The translations under genes and the position numbers were made by a program. Below, piece after piece: positions 18,158 to 28,063 of a DNA stretch of 37,604 bases (within the stretch, counting starts at the first letter, position 1; each line of letters begins with the position of its first letter). This stretch comes from Candidatus Bathyarchaeia archaeon (GTDB lineage: Archaea > Thermoproteota > Bathyarchaeia > 40CM-2-53-6). The stretch covers positions 1 through 37,604 of the forward strand of contig JBEKSC010000026.1 of the NCBI GenBank assembly GCA_049517415.1, given 5' to 3'. Under the pieces are notes generated by a model. That model saw only the letters and a program-made list of their open reading frames with translations, ran no database searches and was not told the DNA's origin.

Positions 18158-19442
18158 GTAAGCCGGAGCTGAATCCTTCTAAGAAAAAGCCCAGCTCCCA
18201 AACAGGCTTGGCCAGAGCTGCCGCTATGCGTTTCAGCTTCTTCTGTAATTTCAGGTTAAAGCACACGAAATATGCTCCTAGGAATATGAGTTGCCGGAAA
18301 GCGGCTGACATGTTGATCAGTCCGAACGGTGTGAGTTGGTCAGTTATGTATCTTGGAAATTGGGGATGAGCACCTCCGATGAAGTAGAACAGGATTATGA
18401 ATGCGTTCAGTACATCAGCAATTCTGTAGAAGAGGAAATTGAAGTCCGGGGTTAAGATTATAACGGGAAAGAGTTGGATGAACATCTGTGGGTCGAACAG
18501 GTAGATTGCTCCGTACCAGGCGTACCAGGAGAGAAGGATTTTTTCCAGAGGTGTCTTCCTGCTGGCAATAGCCCGCATGATCAAATACGCGATTATCGTG
18601 AAACTCAGGATTTGCCCATATCTTGCGCCTGAGACTATGTCGCCAAGGCCTGCTGTAGTTATGACCCACGAGATCCAAGTGTTTTGTAACTGATGATTGG
18701 GCCCAGCGTATCCTATGAACAGCTTAATCCAGACGTTGAAATTTAGGACGGCGAAAGGTGCGTTCACCAGTGCCCACGCCGTTGCAGCAATCGCGGTGAA
18801 CCTTAATCGAGCCCTATTGTTCGGAAGCCCGGCAACCATCGCAAAGTACATTATCCCTGGGATAAACTTCGTCAGAACAGCTGCCGTTAGAGTAAGTGCG
18901 CTCGCGTCAAACCTTTTGTCGAGGTACAGCCAAATCGTCAGGCTGACAAAATAAGCCACTACAAAATCCCAGTTGTAAAACCCGTAGATGACAAAGGTAA
19001 GAGTAGTTAGCACGTACAGGTACAAGCGTTTTCGGTTCAGCCGGAGCTTCCCACACAACATGTACAGGTTGAATAATGTTCCAATCATGAAGGGGTACTG
19101 TAGAACGGATTCGGCTACGACGAACGTGTTATAATTGTCGACCACTATCGGAAAATAGGTTGATATTGCCTGACCGAGAAAAATGAGAAAACCGATGACC
19201 TGCGGGTATTCAAGCTCGTACTGCACGTATGGTATCTGGAGATTATGATGGCCCAGATACACATCTCTAATCCATAGCCAGCCCACATCACTATAGAGGC
19301 TCGGCTGCACAAAGGGCAGTTTCAAGATTGATGAGTAAAGCCATAGGGAAGTAGCCACGAGGAAGATCAGTCTGAACTCAAAGTCGCGTTGAGCGAGGTT
19401 CCAGAAGCCACGGAACCCATACCTCCACGCCGCAGATGCCAT
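18135..19442 (-). CDS. GT-C fold polytopic glycosyltransferase (GT87/DUF2029-like)
   Basis: LYSDV in the first external loop, PY...LEYP, NWD, K-x-x-P, VNAPF; about 11 TM helices. Confidence 0.78.
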   Translation of the reverse strand: MASAAWRYGFRGFWNLAQRDFEFRLIFLVATSLWLYSSILKLPFVQPSLYSDVGWLWIRDVYLGHHNLQIPYVQYELEYPQVIGFLIFLGQAISTYFPIVVDNYNTFVVAESVLQYPFMIGTLFNLYMLCGKLRLNRKRLYLYVLTTLTFVIYGFYNWDFVVAYFVSLTIWLYLDKRFDASALTLTAAVLTKFIPGIMYFAMVAGLPNNRARLRFTAIAATAWALVNAPFAVLNFNVWIKLFIGYAGPNHQLQNTWISWVITTAGLGDIVSGARYGQILSFTIIAYLIMRAIASRKTPLEKILLSWYAWYGAIYLFDPQMFIQLFPVIILTPDFNFLFYRIADVLNAFIILFYFIGGAHPQFPRYITDQLTPFGLINMSAAFRQLIFLGAYFVCFNLKLQKKLKRIAAALAKPVWELGFFLEGFSSGLLKPLTKR

Positions 19443-19464
19443 AGCGCCAAGTCGAGCACATCTA

Positions 19465-19485
19465 TCTTTAGAAACTTTCTAAAGA
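19465..19485. promoter_or_regulatory. Perfect palindrome over the predicted promoter of the GT-C gene; candidate operator
   Basis: TCTTTAGAAA-C-TTTCTAAAGA (10-bp arms), 23-43 nt upstream of ATG 19442. Confidence 0.5.
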
Positions 19486-19742
19486 GTTTCCGTTTTGGGC
19501 GGACCAAGCATTTCGTCCGAAACAAGCTCCTCGGTCGATTCTGAGCAAGCTGCGGGGGAGATAGAGTTGAGAATTTGCAAGACTCTTGGAAATCTACCCA
19601 GTCGGCTTAGAAGGTTCGGTTTCGCGACTCTTGCAGGGAGTAGTAATCGCGCCAATTGAGTTCATCCAACGGCTTTGAACCTAGTTCTTCAGGCTCTCGG
19701 GTATCTTCGCTAGGTTAAGCTTGGTTTGAAGTTGTTTTGCCT

Positions 19743-21356
19743 TTATTGGACGAAGATGTTCCCAGGACACAGTATCCAGTTCGGATCAAGGGCGCTCTTG
19801 GTGGCTTTCATCTCTTGAATCTTCGTTTCGTCGTACATGATTCTCAGAAAATCTTGTTTGAGCTTTCCGATTCCGTGCTCGGCTGAAACAGCTCCGCCGA
19901 GGGCGACAGCGTCCCGCGCCATGTCTTTCACCAGTTGTTCTGCCATGTTCGACTCTTCTTGTCTATGTGGAATAAGATTGACGTGAAGATGATTCTCTGC
20001 GATGTGACCGAACACGTAATTTTCAAGCGCACACTTGTCGAGTCGTTCACGATACATATTCATCAAATCCTGGAGCTTATCATCTGGAACGGAAGTGTCG
20101 GTTCCAAGCTTATGTAGGCCTGGAATCTGGTTTTTCCTTGCCGCTATTGATTTGTTAATGGCTTCAGGAAGGGCGTGCCTCAATGCCCTTAGACGGTCTT
20201 TGTCCACTTCGTTCATTCCAACGATCGCATCGTTTGCAGAGCTGTGAAATTGCTCGAGTGCTGCTATTAGAGGTTGGATCGCATCAACATCGCCGTACCC
20301 AAATTCTGAGAGAATGGCCGCGCCTCTCTCGGGCAGCCTCATTCCACCGCGGATTTCCTCGATCTCCTTGAGCTCTCGCACTAACTTGAGCGAGTTTTCG
20401 TCGAAGTACTCCATTGAGTGAACGCTCAACGATGTATCGTCTCCCCTCTGCCGCCGAACGTGCAGCACAAAGTCCACGGCATTACGGGTTGTAGGGAAAA
20501 ATGCCAGAAACATTGCGGTCTGGGGTTTCGACTTCAATGCGATCTCGATTTGAGTTATAGCTCCAAGAGTGCCTTCTGAGCCTATGAAGAGGTCAATCAG
20601 GTCCATGTTCCTTCTGCTGTAGTACCCAGCAGCGCATTTCACATCGGGGCTCTCATAGGTAGGAATAGGAACCTCGGTCACATTGCCATCCAAATGACGC
20701 AAAGCAACAGTCCTGCTGGAATCAATTGAATTCTCCCCTCGCCGCAACGAAAGGACTTCACCATCGGCTAACACGACCCTAATCGCAAGAACATGCTTAC
20801 GAGTGCGCCCATAGAAGTATGTCCGTGCGCCCGAAGCGTCTGTCGCGACAGTCCCGCCTATGGATGCCGAGTCCTCCGTTGGGTCGGGAGCGTAAAAGTA
20901 GTCATGGGGATCGTCTAAGAATCGCTGCAGGTCTTTCCAATTTGAATCATTCATTTCCCGGTCTTTTCGCAACGTCTTAGCTGCAACGGCCTCTTGGAAA
21001 TCTCGCAGCCTAATCCCAGGTTCGACTGTTACTCTCCACTCTTGACTTTGAATATCCCACTTTACACCATGGATGTGGTTCATGTGATCCAGAGAAATCA
21101 GGGCGCCTCCCTCTGGAACAGCCCCGCCAACGATTCCAGTGCGGCCTCCTGAAATTGTAACAGGGATTCGTCGTCTGGACATCTCGCTTAGGAAGTCAGC
21201 TACTTGCCCCTCATTGGTTGGGAGAAAGACGGTTTCAACCTTCCCAGGACCGAGCCCTGACTCGTCGGAAAGATATGACTCATATCTCTCTTGAATCAAC
21301 GTCTCGGAGTCCACTCTGACAGGCTGAGTGTTTTTGCCCCGGATAGCTTCAACCAT
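19743..21356 (-). CDS. FAD-binding oxidoreductase, D-lactate/glycolate dehydrogenase (GlcD/Dld) family
   Basis: GGRTGIVGGAVP, PDPTE, ATDASG, FIGSEGTLG, FGHIAENHLH, SAEHGIGKLK, LDP...PGNIF. Start placed at ATG 21356. Confidence 0.9.
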   Translation of the reverse strand: MVEAIRGKNTQPVRVDSETLIQERYESYLSDESGLGPGKVETVFLPTNEGQVADFLSEMSRRRIPVTISGGRTGIVGGAVPEGGALISLDHMNHIHGVKWDIQSQEWRVTVEPGIRLRDFQEAVAAKTLRKDREMNDSNWKDLQRFLDDPHDYFYAPDPTEDSASIGGTVATDASGARTYFYGRTRKHVLAIRVVLADGEVLSLRRGENSIDSSRTVALRHLDGNVTEVPIPTYESPDVKCAAGYYSRRNMDLIDLFIGSEGTLGAITQIEIALKSKPQTAMFLAFFPTTRNAVDFVLHVRRQRGDDTSLSVHSMEYFDENSLKLVRELKEIEEIRGGMRLPERGAAILSEFGYGDVDAIQPLIAALEQFHSSANDAIVGMNEVDKDRLRALRHALPEAINKSIAARKNQIPGLHKLGTDTSVPDDKLQDLMNMYRERLDKCALENYVFGHIAENHLHVNLIPHRQEESNMAEQLVKDMARDAVALGGAVSAEHGIGKLKQDFLRIMYDETKIQEMKATKSALDPNWILCPGNIFVQ

Positions 21357-21459
21357 CACGATCTCAATCAAAAGCCTGCACTGAACCGCACGTGGAAATG
21401 TGGGACACAATTAAACAGATACTGGCCAATTGACTAAGCTGAGAAGAAGGCGCGCTTGA

Positions 21460-22695
21460 ATGAAGACCCGCATCGCTTACGGAGATCAATGGATGCTCTT
21501 GGAAACGAGGGATGAGGTAACTGAGGTTGCGTCTCCGAAGCACTTCAAGGCCAAGGAGGATTCGGTTGCGCTATCCCTTTCAAACCCGAAAGGTTCAGCA
21601 GACTTGGCGTCGTTCCTTTCACAGATGAAACGGATATTGGTCGTGATCAACGACCATACCAGACCCGTTCTGTCCGCTGTGCTCAAGCAGCTACCCCTCA
21701 AAGACAAAGAAGTCACCACAATAGTGGCAACGGGAACCCACCGTTCGCCGAACCGTGAGGAATTGGAGCGCCTCCTTGGGGGCAGTGGGCCGCCCTATGG
21801 TGGAAGGATGGCGGTTCATAATGCCACAGACTCAGCGGCGCTAAGGCCTCTAGGTTGCACAAGTAGGGGTACTGATGTGTATCTGAATTCAGAGGTTTTC
21901 GGTGCCAATGGGATCATTGTCATCGGTTCCGTTGAGCCACATTATTTCGCGGGATTTACGGGAGGACGCAAGTTCCTCCTTCCCGCCCTGGCAGGCTTCA
22001 AGTCGGTGGAGATGAATCATTCGTTGGCATTGGACGAGCGGGCCAAGATTCTTACCCTCGCCGGAAATCCGGTTCATGAAGATTTCATGGACGCCCTCCG
22101 CATGTTCAACAGGAATGAAGATGTTTTCTCAATCCAAGTTGTTATGAATTCGGAACATCAAATAAGTTACACGAGCTCAGGGCATATAATAGACTCATTC
22201 ACGGACGCCGTTGAACAAGCAACTCGAACCTACACCTGTAAGATTCAATCCAAGGCGGACATTGTAGTGGCCGTCGTGAATGCCCCACTAGATATTGACT
22301 TTTACCAGGCCCACAAAGCCATAGAGAATGTAAAGCCGGTGTTAAGCGACGCAGGTATCCTGATACTGGTCGCCAGATGCAAGGATGGAGTTGGAAATCG
22401 CACTTTCTACGACCTGCTTGCATCGAAACAAGATGTCTTCCAAGTTGTGAATGAGAAGTACACCCTCGGACGGCACAAGGCATTGAGGATCGTACAGTTG
22501 CTCAACAGAGCCCGAATACTCGCCGTGACCGACCTTCCCCCAAAAATGTTGCAGGATATTTCAATAGCTCCATTTGCTAACATTCAAAGCGCCCTTGACG
22601 AAGCCGTGAAACTCAAGGGCTCCGACGCTAGAGTCCTAATTGTGAATGATGCAGGTGTTGCTGTCCCCGTAGTGGGGCGGGAAGAATCTTCTTAG
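21460..22695 (+). CDS. larA: Nickel-pincer-dependent lactate racemase (LarA family)
   Basis: NDHTRP, ATGTHR, EPHYFAGFTGGRK, NH and YQAHK; the catalytic and cofactor-binding residues known from LarA are present. Confidence 0.88.
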   Translation: MKTRIAYGDQWMLLETRDEVTEVASPKHFKAKEDSVALSLSNPKGSADLASFLSQMKRILVVINDHTRPVLSAVLKQLPLKDKEVTTIVATGTHRSPNREELERLLGGSGPPYGGRMAVHNATDSAALRPLGCTSRGTDVYLNSEVFGANGIIVIGSVEPHYFAGFTGGRKFLLPALAGFKSVEMNHSLALDERAKILTLAGNPVHEDFMDALRMFNRNEDVFSIQVVMNSEHQISYTSSGHIIDSFTDAVEQATRTYTCKIQSKADIVVAVVNAPLDIDFYQAHKAIENVKPVLSDAGILILVARCKDGVGNRTFYDLLASKQDVFQVVNEKYTLGRHKALRIVQLLNRARILAVTDLPPKMLQDISIAPFANIQSALDEAVKLKGSDARVLIVNDAGVAVPVVGREESS

Positions 22696-22789
22696 GCCTG
22701 AGAGAAAATCAGAGGACGTTCACAACTCTTCCCCTTGGAATGAGCTAGTGTGACTGTTTCACGCGTGCGGCGTTGCATTATGGTTGAGA

Positions 22790-23869
22790 TTATTTTTCGT
22801 TTCGTGCCCGCGAAGGCTTGTTCAGTTCTGCAGCAAGATGCTGGATTTCGTCCCAAGCGGGTTCGGGGACATCGATTCCTTCTGTTAGACGTTTTTCGCG
22901 GTCTCTCCATTCGTAATCTCCCGGAACCTGCACCTCACTATATTGGAATTCTGGGTTGACTGGTGCGCTGTGGACTTTCTTGAACAGCGAATCCATTCTA
23001 TTCTTGAACCGTTGGAGTGGTGTGAATTTCTTGATATCGAGAGCAATGGCGAGAAGCCCATTCTCGTACAAGTGGGCGTCTTCGTCATCGATGGATCCTC
23101 CACCAGGCAATATTCCTCCCAGGATTTCCATCAGGATTGAGAGACAGTAACCCTTGTGTCCGTCCCTGGCTCCAAAGCTGAGTAACCTGCCGCTTTCTCC
23201 AACCGAACCATCCTGTAAGGAAAAATCGAGGGGGTCATCCGTGTCATGCCCATCATTATCAACAATCCAACCGGGAGGAATCTTCTCCTTATTAATAGCC
23301 GCCACTCCCACCTTTCCTTCAGCTACAGAGGAGGTAGCGAAATCCAGCAGGAACGGTTTTTGTTCCCCTGCGGGGGCTGCGACTGAGATTGGGTTCGTTC
23401 CGAAGACGCGAGACGCTCCGCCGAACGGTTGGACGACTGGGTGAACTACGTTAACCATCAAGAACCCGATCATGTCACTTTCAGCCGCAAGCATCGTATA
23501 CGCCCCAAGTCGTCCGATGTGATTGCAGTGAATGGCTCCGACAGCGCTGATCGAGGTCTTCTTCGCTTTCTCGATTGCTAGCCGCATTGCCTTGGTGGCG
23601 GTTACCTGCCCGAAGGTCCAATGCCCATCAATAATCGCGGTGCTCGGAGTATCATTGGTTACTTCGGGTCTTGCCGTTGGATCAATAATTCCATTCTTGA
23701 TTCTTTCAGCATAACGGGTGACGTAGCGGATTCCATGCGAGTCGTGACCTACAAGGTTAGCTTCGATGAGCATGTCGACAACTAGTTCAGCGTACTCGCT
23801 TGGGGCACCTAGACTAGTGAATATGGTCACTCCAGTTTCTCTGAGTTCATTGACTGGAATTCTTGGCAC
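22790..23869 (-). CDS. Ldh_2-family (type 2 malate/L-lactate/sulfolactate) dehydrogenase
   Basis: GHDSHG, DGHWTFGQ, NHIGRLG, GTNPIS, LDFATS, GHKGYCL, VPG. Probable start GTG 23869. Confidence 0.9.
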   Translation of the reverse strand: MPRIPVNELRETGVTIFTSLGAPSEYAELVVDMLIEANLVGHDSHGIRYVTRYAERIKNGIIDPTARPEVTNDTPSTAIIDGHWTFGQVTATKAMRLAIEKAKKTSISAVGAIHCNHIGRLGAYTMLAAESDMIGFLMVNVVHPVVQPFGGASRVFGTNPISVAAPAGEQKPFLLDFATSSVAEGKVGVAAINKEKIPPGWIVDNDGHDTDDPLDFSLQDGSVGESGRLLSFGARDGHKGYCLSILMEILGGILPGGGSIDDEDAHLYENGLLAIALDIKKFTPLQRFKNRMDSLFKKVHSAPVNPEFQYSEVQVPGDYEWRDREKRLTEGIDVPEPAWDEIQHLAAELNKPSRARNEK

Positions 23870-24189
23870 CGTCCCATTCCTCACAGTTCCACTTTTCTCT
23901 GTTTGGTCCCCAATCCATTCAGCCCAGTCATAAACTCGGTCGCCTGGACCAGGGTCTAGACGGGCCAACCAAGAAAGACATCGTATAAAACATCCGTCAT
24001 AAAGTCACACACGAAACTGAAGTTCCCGGAATCACCGAAAACAGAAAGATAGAGTTGAAGTACATGCTGGTAAATCGCAGTGTGCTCCCCATAAGACTAA
24101 GCGCAAAAAGAACACTAATACGACCGAAAAGAAGAGTTATTGGTGTAAGTTGCGGTGGCTTTGAATACACCACAGCTTAGATATCCGGG

Positions 24190-27054
24190 TTGCGGATCCG
24201 CGTGCCTCACAAGAAATTGCTGATGATAGTTGCAGCCATTGGAGTTCTGATCCTTTCTGCAACTCTTCAGTTAGGCTACGTAAACGCGTCACCACCGATA
24301 GCTAAAATCATCTCCTTGAATTACCCCCACCACGTTCTATCCGCCACTGTTTTTCCTCTGACCGTTGTTGTTGATTATTCGGATAAAGTCGGAGTGGACA
24401 TCGGCATTTGGGATGCCGAGAGGGGGGTTGTCGTACAGAGCATATCGATTCCTTTGCGCGACGTAGGGCCAATGACCTTCACTTTTAATTTGACAGCCCC
24501 CAACGAAACGACCGAATGGCGCCTCCTTGCGATCACGAGAATCTGGTGGCAGAACGCATGGTACCAGGACCCGCTCGAAGGTTCAAGCTCTTTCACGGTC
24601 GACGTGTCTAATGCTGCTATCCTAACGTTAGCTTCTTCAGGTCCGTCTTCATCGATCGCTCTGGATGGCACCACATATCCCGTAAATGCTTCGGGTCCCG
24701 TTAATCTTTCGGTCACGCCAGGCGTTCACAGCCTAGCCGCGACGCATATAATCCCGGGTACAGCTGGAGAGCGCTTTGTGTTCGCAGGTTGGAGTGACGG
24801 ATTCACCTCGAATCCCCGCCTGCTCGTAATCAGCAACACCGCGAACCTAACGGCGCTATATCGCACGGAATACTACCTTTCCGTGAAATCTGAACATGGC
24901 CTAAGCGCCGGTCAAGGATGGTACCCAGCAGGTTCGAATGCGAATTTCACTGTCGTCCCAGCTTCCAGCGGCCAGAATTGGGTGGAGTTTGTGGTGGGGA
25001 CCTATAGGTTCGCAGGTTGGTCTGGTGACAGTAGTTCGAACGACGCGCTCGCATCAGTAGTCATGGACGGGCCGAAGAACGTGGAAGCGCGTTGGGTACC
25101 TTCAGAAACAGCAACAGGCTCACTGCTCATATTCAGCGCTCTCATGCTTGGTAGTTTGATTCTATTCATCAGAGCGATCCACCGCCTTCCCAGAAGGCGT
25201 ACCCCAAGAATTCCACCCCACCTTGTCCAACAGTGGAAAAAATGGGCATGGGTCGCCACAATCTTGATCCTTGTTCTGATCCAAATTCCCACCTCGCACG
25301 CCCAACTTCCAGTGCAACCGGGGAGGTCAATCGTAAGGATCGGTGACGCTTCTTGGTACTACTGGAACAATACTGCTAGCGATACTTGCATAATCTGGCT
25401 CGGCGGCGGGACAACGTATGAACAACAGATAGGTTACTATTCCTACATGATTAACCCCTTCGAGTACGAGTCTTTCGGGACAATCAAGTTCCTTCAACAC
25501 CTGACTACGTACTACTGCTTAATCGCGCTCCAGAAAGGGTCATACGAATACTATAGCCCTGAGTCAAATCGCACAATCTACCAGGAACCATACCAAATGG
25601 ATTCCAGGATCATTGGTGACGTTCATGATTGGATAAGAAAGCAAGGATATGCTCACACATTTCTTGTGGGATACTCTACGGGGGCTCAAGTTGCAGCTAT
25701 GGAAGCGGCCATACGCGCTCCCGAGGAATGGGTGAGCCCAGATGGCATTGTGCTCATTACGCCGCGACTGTCCGAACTCATATCGAAGAGCGCGCATCGA
25801 ATGCAAGCGAGCCTACTGGTTCTTTACGGTGGAAGTATAGAAACACCGGCCTATGTCAGCACGGGGTATGAATTCTTCTTGGACGCCCCGAAAGACGGCT
25901 GGCATAATTCGTCCTACCTCCACAAGAGCTTCCAAGTAATTGAAAAGATGGGCCACGAAGTATGGACGGTGTATCAGACGGGGACATACGATACACAAGC
26001 GGAGGGCATCCTAGTAAACTTCGTAAGCAACGTGAAGGCGCTCCAATTTACCGATAACGACGTAGATGCAATTGAGCACGCGGCTGAAGAAACCTCTGCG
26101 CCTATCAACTCTGGCCTTGATCTGACGTCAGCAAATGCGCCCAGCGAAGTATCCACATCTACGATAGTGAAGGTCAGAGTTTTACTCGCGTATGGTAAGT
26201 ATTCGACAGGAACGGCGCAGGTAATCGCATTCAACCTTCAGCGGGGGAATATTGAAAGTAGCCAAGAAGTCTTTCTTGTCGGAAGCGGCGATCGTGCTCT
26301 TCTCCTCGGCTTCTTGCCCCCGCCCAATTCAACTGAACTTCCACTCGCCATCATCCTGGTAACAGAGGCAGGCGGCGGTTGGAAACTGGTTTCCGGCCCT
26401 CTGCTGACGAAAACGAAGGTATTGAACACAATCACGGTCACAATCGCATCAACCGTCCCAGGCATCTCCTTCGCGTTCGACGGAAGTGAATTGAGAATTC
26501 CCGACACAGGTAGTGTCTATCTGGAGGCCAGCCAGGGATCCCACACCATCCAAGTCAAACCCATGGCTTACCTTACTTCGCAAACGAGAGTTGTCTTCAC
26601 GGGTTGGGAGGATGGGAGCACTGATGCAACACGATTGATCACCATACAGAATGTCACCAGCATACTTGCCAATTACCGGGTACAGTACTTTGTCAACGTA
26701 ACGTCGGCGTACGGGATAGCTTCAGGCTCCGGTTGGTACGACGAGAATAGTACGGTGTCCGCATCGGTCGAGCCTCCTGCAGTCAACGAATCAAAAGTGA
26801 TATTTGCACAATGGCGGTGGGATGTGGAGAGTAGCGACTCCAGAATTCTCTTGACTGCAGATTCACCGAAAACGGTACAGGCTGAGTGGGCCCCGTTTCC
26901 GAGTTACGAATGGGTGGGAACGAATATTGTCCTCTTGCTGTTTGGATCATTCCTCTTTTTGCTAACTGTTCTTTGGAACCTCAATCCGTTCCACAGAACC
27001 CGTGCCGAAGATGACCTGCAATACTTCGTGAAGCGGGGAGGTCGGTCTAAATAA
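24190..27054 (+). CDS. Large multi-anchored surface protein with a duplicated beta-sandwich module and a central alpha/beta-hydrolase domain
   Basis: 954 aa; N-terminal signal; two copies of the F-x-G-W-x-D-G...Y-Y/F-x-x-V-x-S-x-x-G-x-x-x-G-x-G-W-Y module; GYSTG nucleophile elbow (25669-25683) and GHE His; three further hydrophobic helices. Confidence 0.8.
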   Translation: MRIRVPHKKLLMIVAAIGVLILSATLQLGYVNASPPIAKIISLNYPHHVLSATVFPLTVVVDYSDKVGVDIGIWDAERGVVVQSISIPLRDVGPMTFTFNLTAPNETTEWRLLAITRIWWQNAWYQDPLEGSSSFTVDVSNAAILTLASSGPSSSIALDGTTYPVNASGPVNLSVTPGVHSLAATHIIPGTAGERFVFAGWSDGFTSNPRLLVISNTANLTALYRTEYYLSVKSEHGLSAGQGWYPAGSNANFTVVPASSGQNWVEFVVGTYRFAGWSGDSSSNDALASVVMDGPKNVEARWVPSETATGSLLIFSALMLGSLILFIRAIHRLPRRRTPRIPPHLVQQWKKWAWVATILILVLIQIPTSHAQLPVQPGRSIVRIGDASWYYWNNTASDTCIIWLGGGTTYEQQIGYYSYMINPFEYESFGTIKFLQHLTTYYCLIALQKGSYEYYSPESNRTIYQEPYQMDSRIIGDVHDWIRKQGYAHTFLVGYSTGAQVAAMEAAIRAPEEWVSPDGIVLITPRLSELISKSAHRMQASLLVLYGGSIETPAYVSTGYEFFLDAPKDGWHNSSYLHKSFQVIEKMGHEVWTVYQTGTYDTQAEGILVNFVSNVKALQFTDNDVDAIEHAAEETSAPINSGLDLTSANAPSEVSTSTIVKVRVLLAYGKYSTGTAQVIAFNLQRGNIESSQEVFLVGSGDRALLLGFLPPPNSTELPLAIILVTEAGGGWKLVSGPLLTKTKVLNTITVTIASTVPGISFAFDGSELRIPDTGSVYLEASQGSHTIQVKPMAYLTSQTRVVFTGWEDGSTDATRLITIQNVTSILANYRVQYFVNVTSAYGIASGSGWYDENSTVSASVEPPAVNESKVIFAQWRWDVESSDSRILLTADSPKTVQAEWAPFPSYEWVGTNIVLLLFGSFLFLLTVLWNLNPFHRTRAEDDLQYFVKRGGRSK

Positions 27055-27220
27055 TCGCCCTAGGCGATTCTCACAAGATGGCACCCCCTCCATAGAAACT
27101 CTATAATAGCCGGCTCAAGCACGTGAAAAACGGTGGGGCAGGTCAAATAGTCATTTGGCTAGCTATGCGTCGGATGCTTATCCTGCAAGAAAGTGAATGT
27201 AAGGAGCAAATGGTTTTTCT

Positions 27221-28063
27221 TTGAAGCTGCGACGTCTGACAATATTTTTCGTCGTATACATTGTCGCGCTCAGCTTCATACCTTTAGTTCACCAGACCTT
27301 TGTTGCCCAAAGTACGTGGTTGGGGTACGGTGTTGGCGCCTATGCCTTCCAGAGCCCCAGCTACTTTGTTCTGTTCAATGACCCTTACGATGGTAGCAGC
27401 AAACCAAACATTCACGTGAACCCGTCCTTTGCTCCGAACGAACGAATCAGCCTAATCGAATTCAGCGATTGGACGAGCTATGTGGACGGATACAACCTGT
27501 TCAACGATTTCAACGCAAGCATCAGCACCACTCCCAAGACCCTGGATGTAACTTACACGGGTCATGGCTTGGTTATTCACAAATTCGTTGAGGTACCCAC
27601 GGGAGATTATGTCTCAGTTAAGATCATTGCAAACAAGGAAATCACCGCCCACATCGAAATGTGGAAGTGGGTGTTTACCTCGGTCAATGGGGTAACCGTA
27701 ACAGCCGCCCCTAAGCCTACGCTGCTCCCGATTTCTCAAGACATAAACCTCACTTTTCTCGACCAATCCTCGGGTGTGAGCGGAAGTGGCTCAGTTAAGA
27801 TGTCTCGTGTCCCGTCTCAGATTGAGGTGTGGCCTTTTGAGAACGGTTTCAATAGAGTTACTGTAGATTACATCAACAGGGAGATGGAATTTACGGTCTC
27901 AGGGTCGGCTGGAGGCAATCAGCAGCCTTTTCCAACTTGGAGTTATACTGACATCCCATACGTCTTACCCTTAGTTGCGATTGCCGCAGTATCCCTCTAC
28001 CTGCTGTTGGTTGAAAAGCATGGAAAGAAGAATAAGGCTCGTTCTCGCCGCTCTCGCAGTTAG
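27221..28063 (+). CDS. Exported beta-rich protein with C-terminal TM anchor and basic tail
   Basis: N-terminal K/R plus hydrophobic signal; N-x-S/T sequons (NAS, NLT); ends IPYVLPLVAIAAVSLYLLLV-EKHGKKNKARSRRSRS. Confidence 0.75.
   Translation: MKLRRLTIFFVVYIVALSFIPLVHQTFVAQSTWLGYGVGAYAFQSPSYFVLFNDPYDGSSKPNIHVNPSFAPNERISLIEFSDWTSYVDGYNLFNDFNASISTTPKTLDVTYTGHGLVIHKFVEVPTGDYVSVKIIANKEITAHIEMWKWVFTSVNGVTVTAAPKPTLLPISQDINLTFLDQSSGVSGSGSVKMSRVPSQIEVWPFENGFNRVTVDYINREMEFTVSGSAGGNQQPFPTWSYTDIPYVLPLVAIAAVSLYLLLVEKHGKKNKARSRRSRS

Noticed and set aside
27053..27069. AATCGCC-CTA-GGCGATT hairpin at the stop of the 954-aa gene
   Set aside because: 7-bp stem with no T-tract; too weak to call as a terminator or operator.
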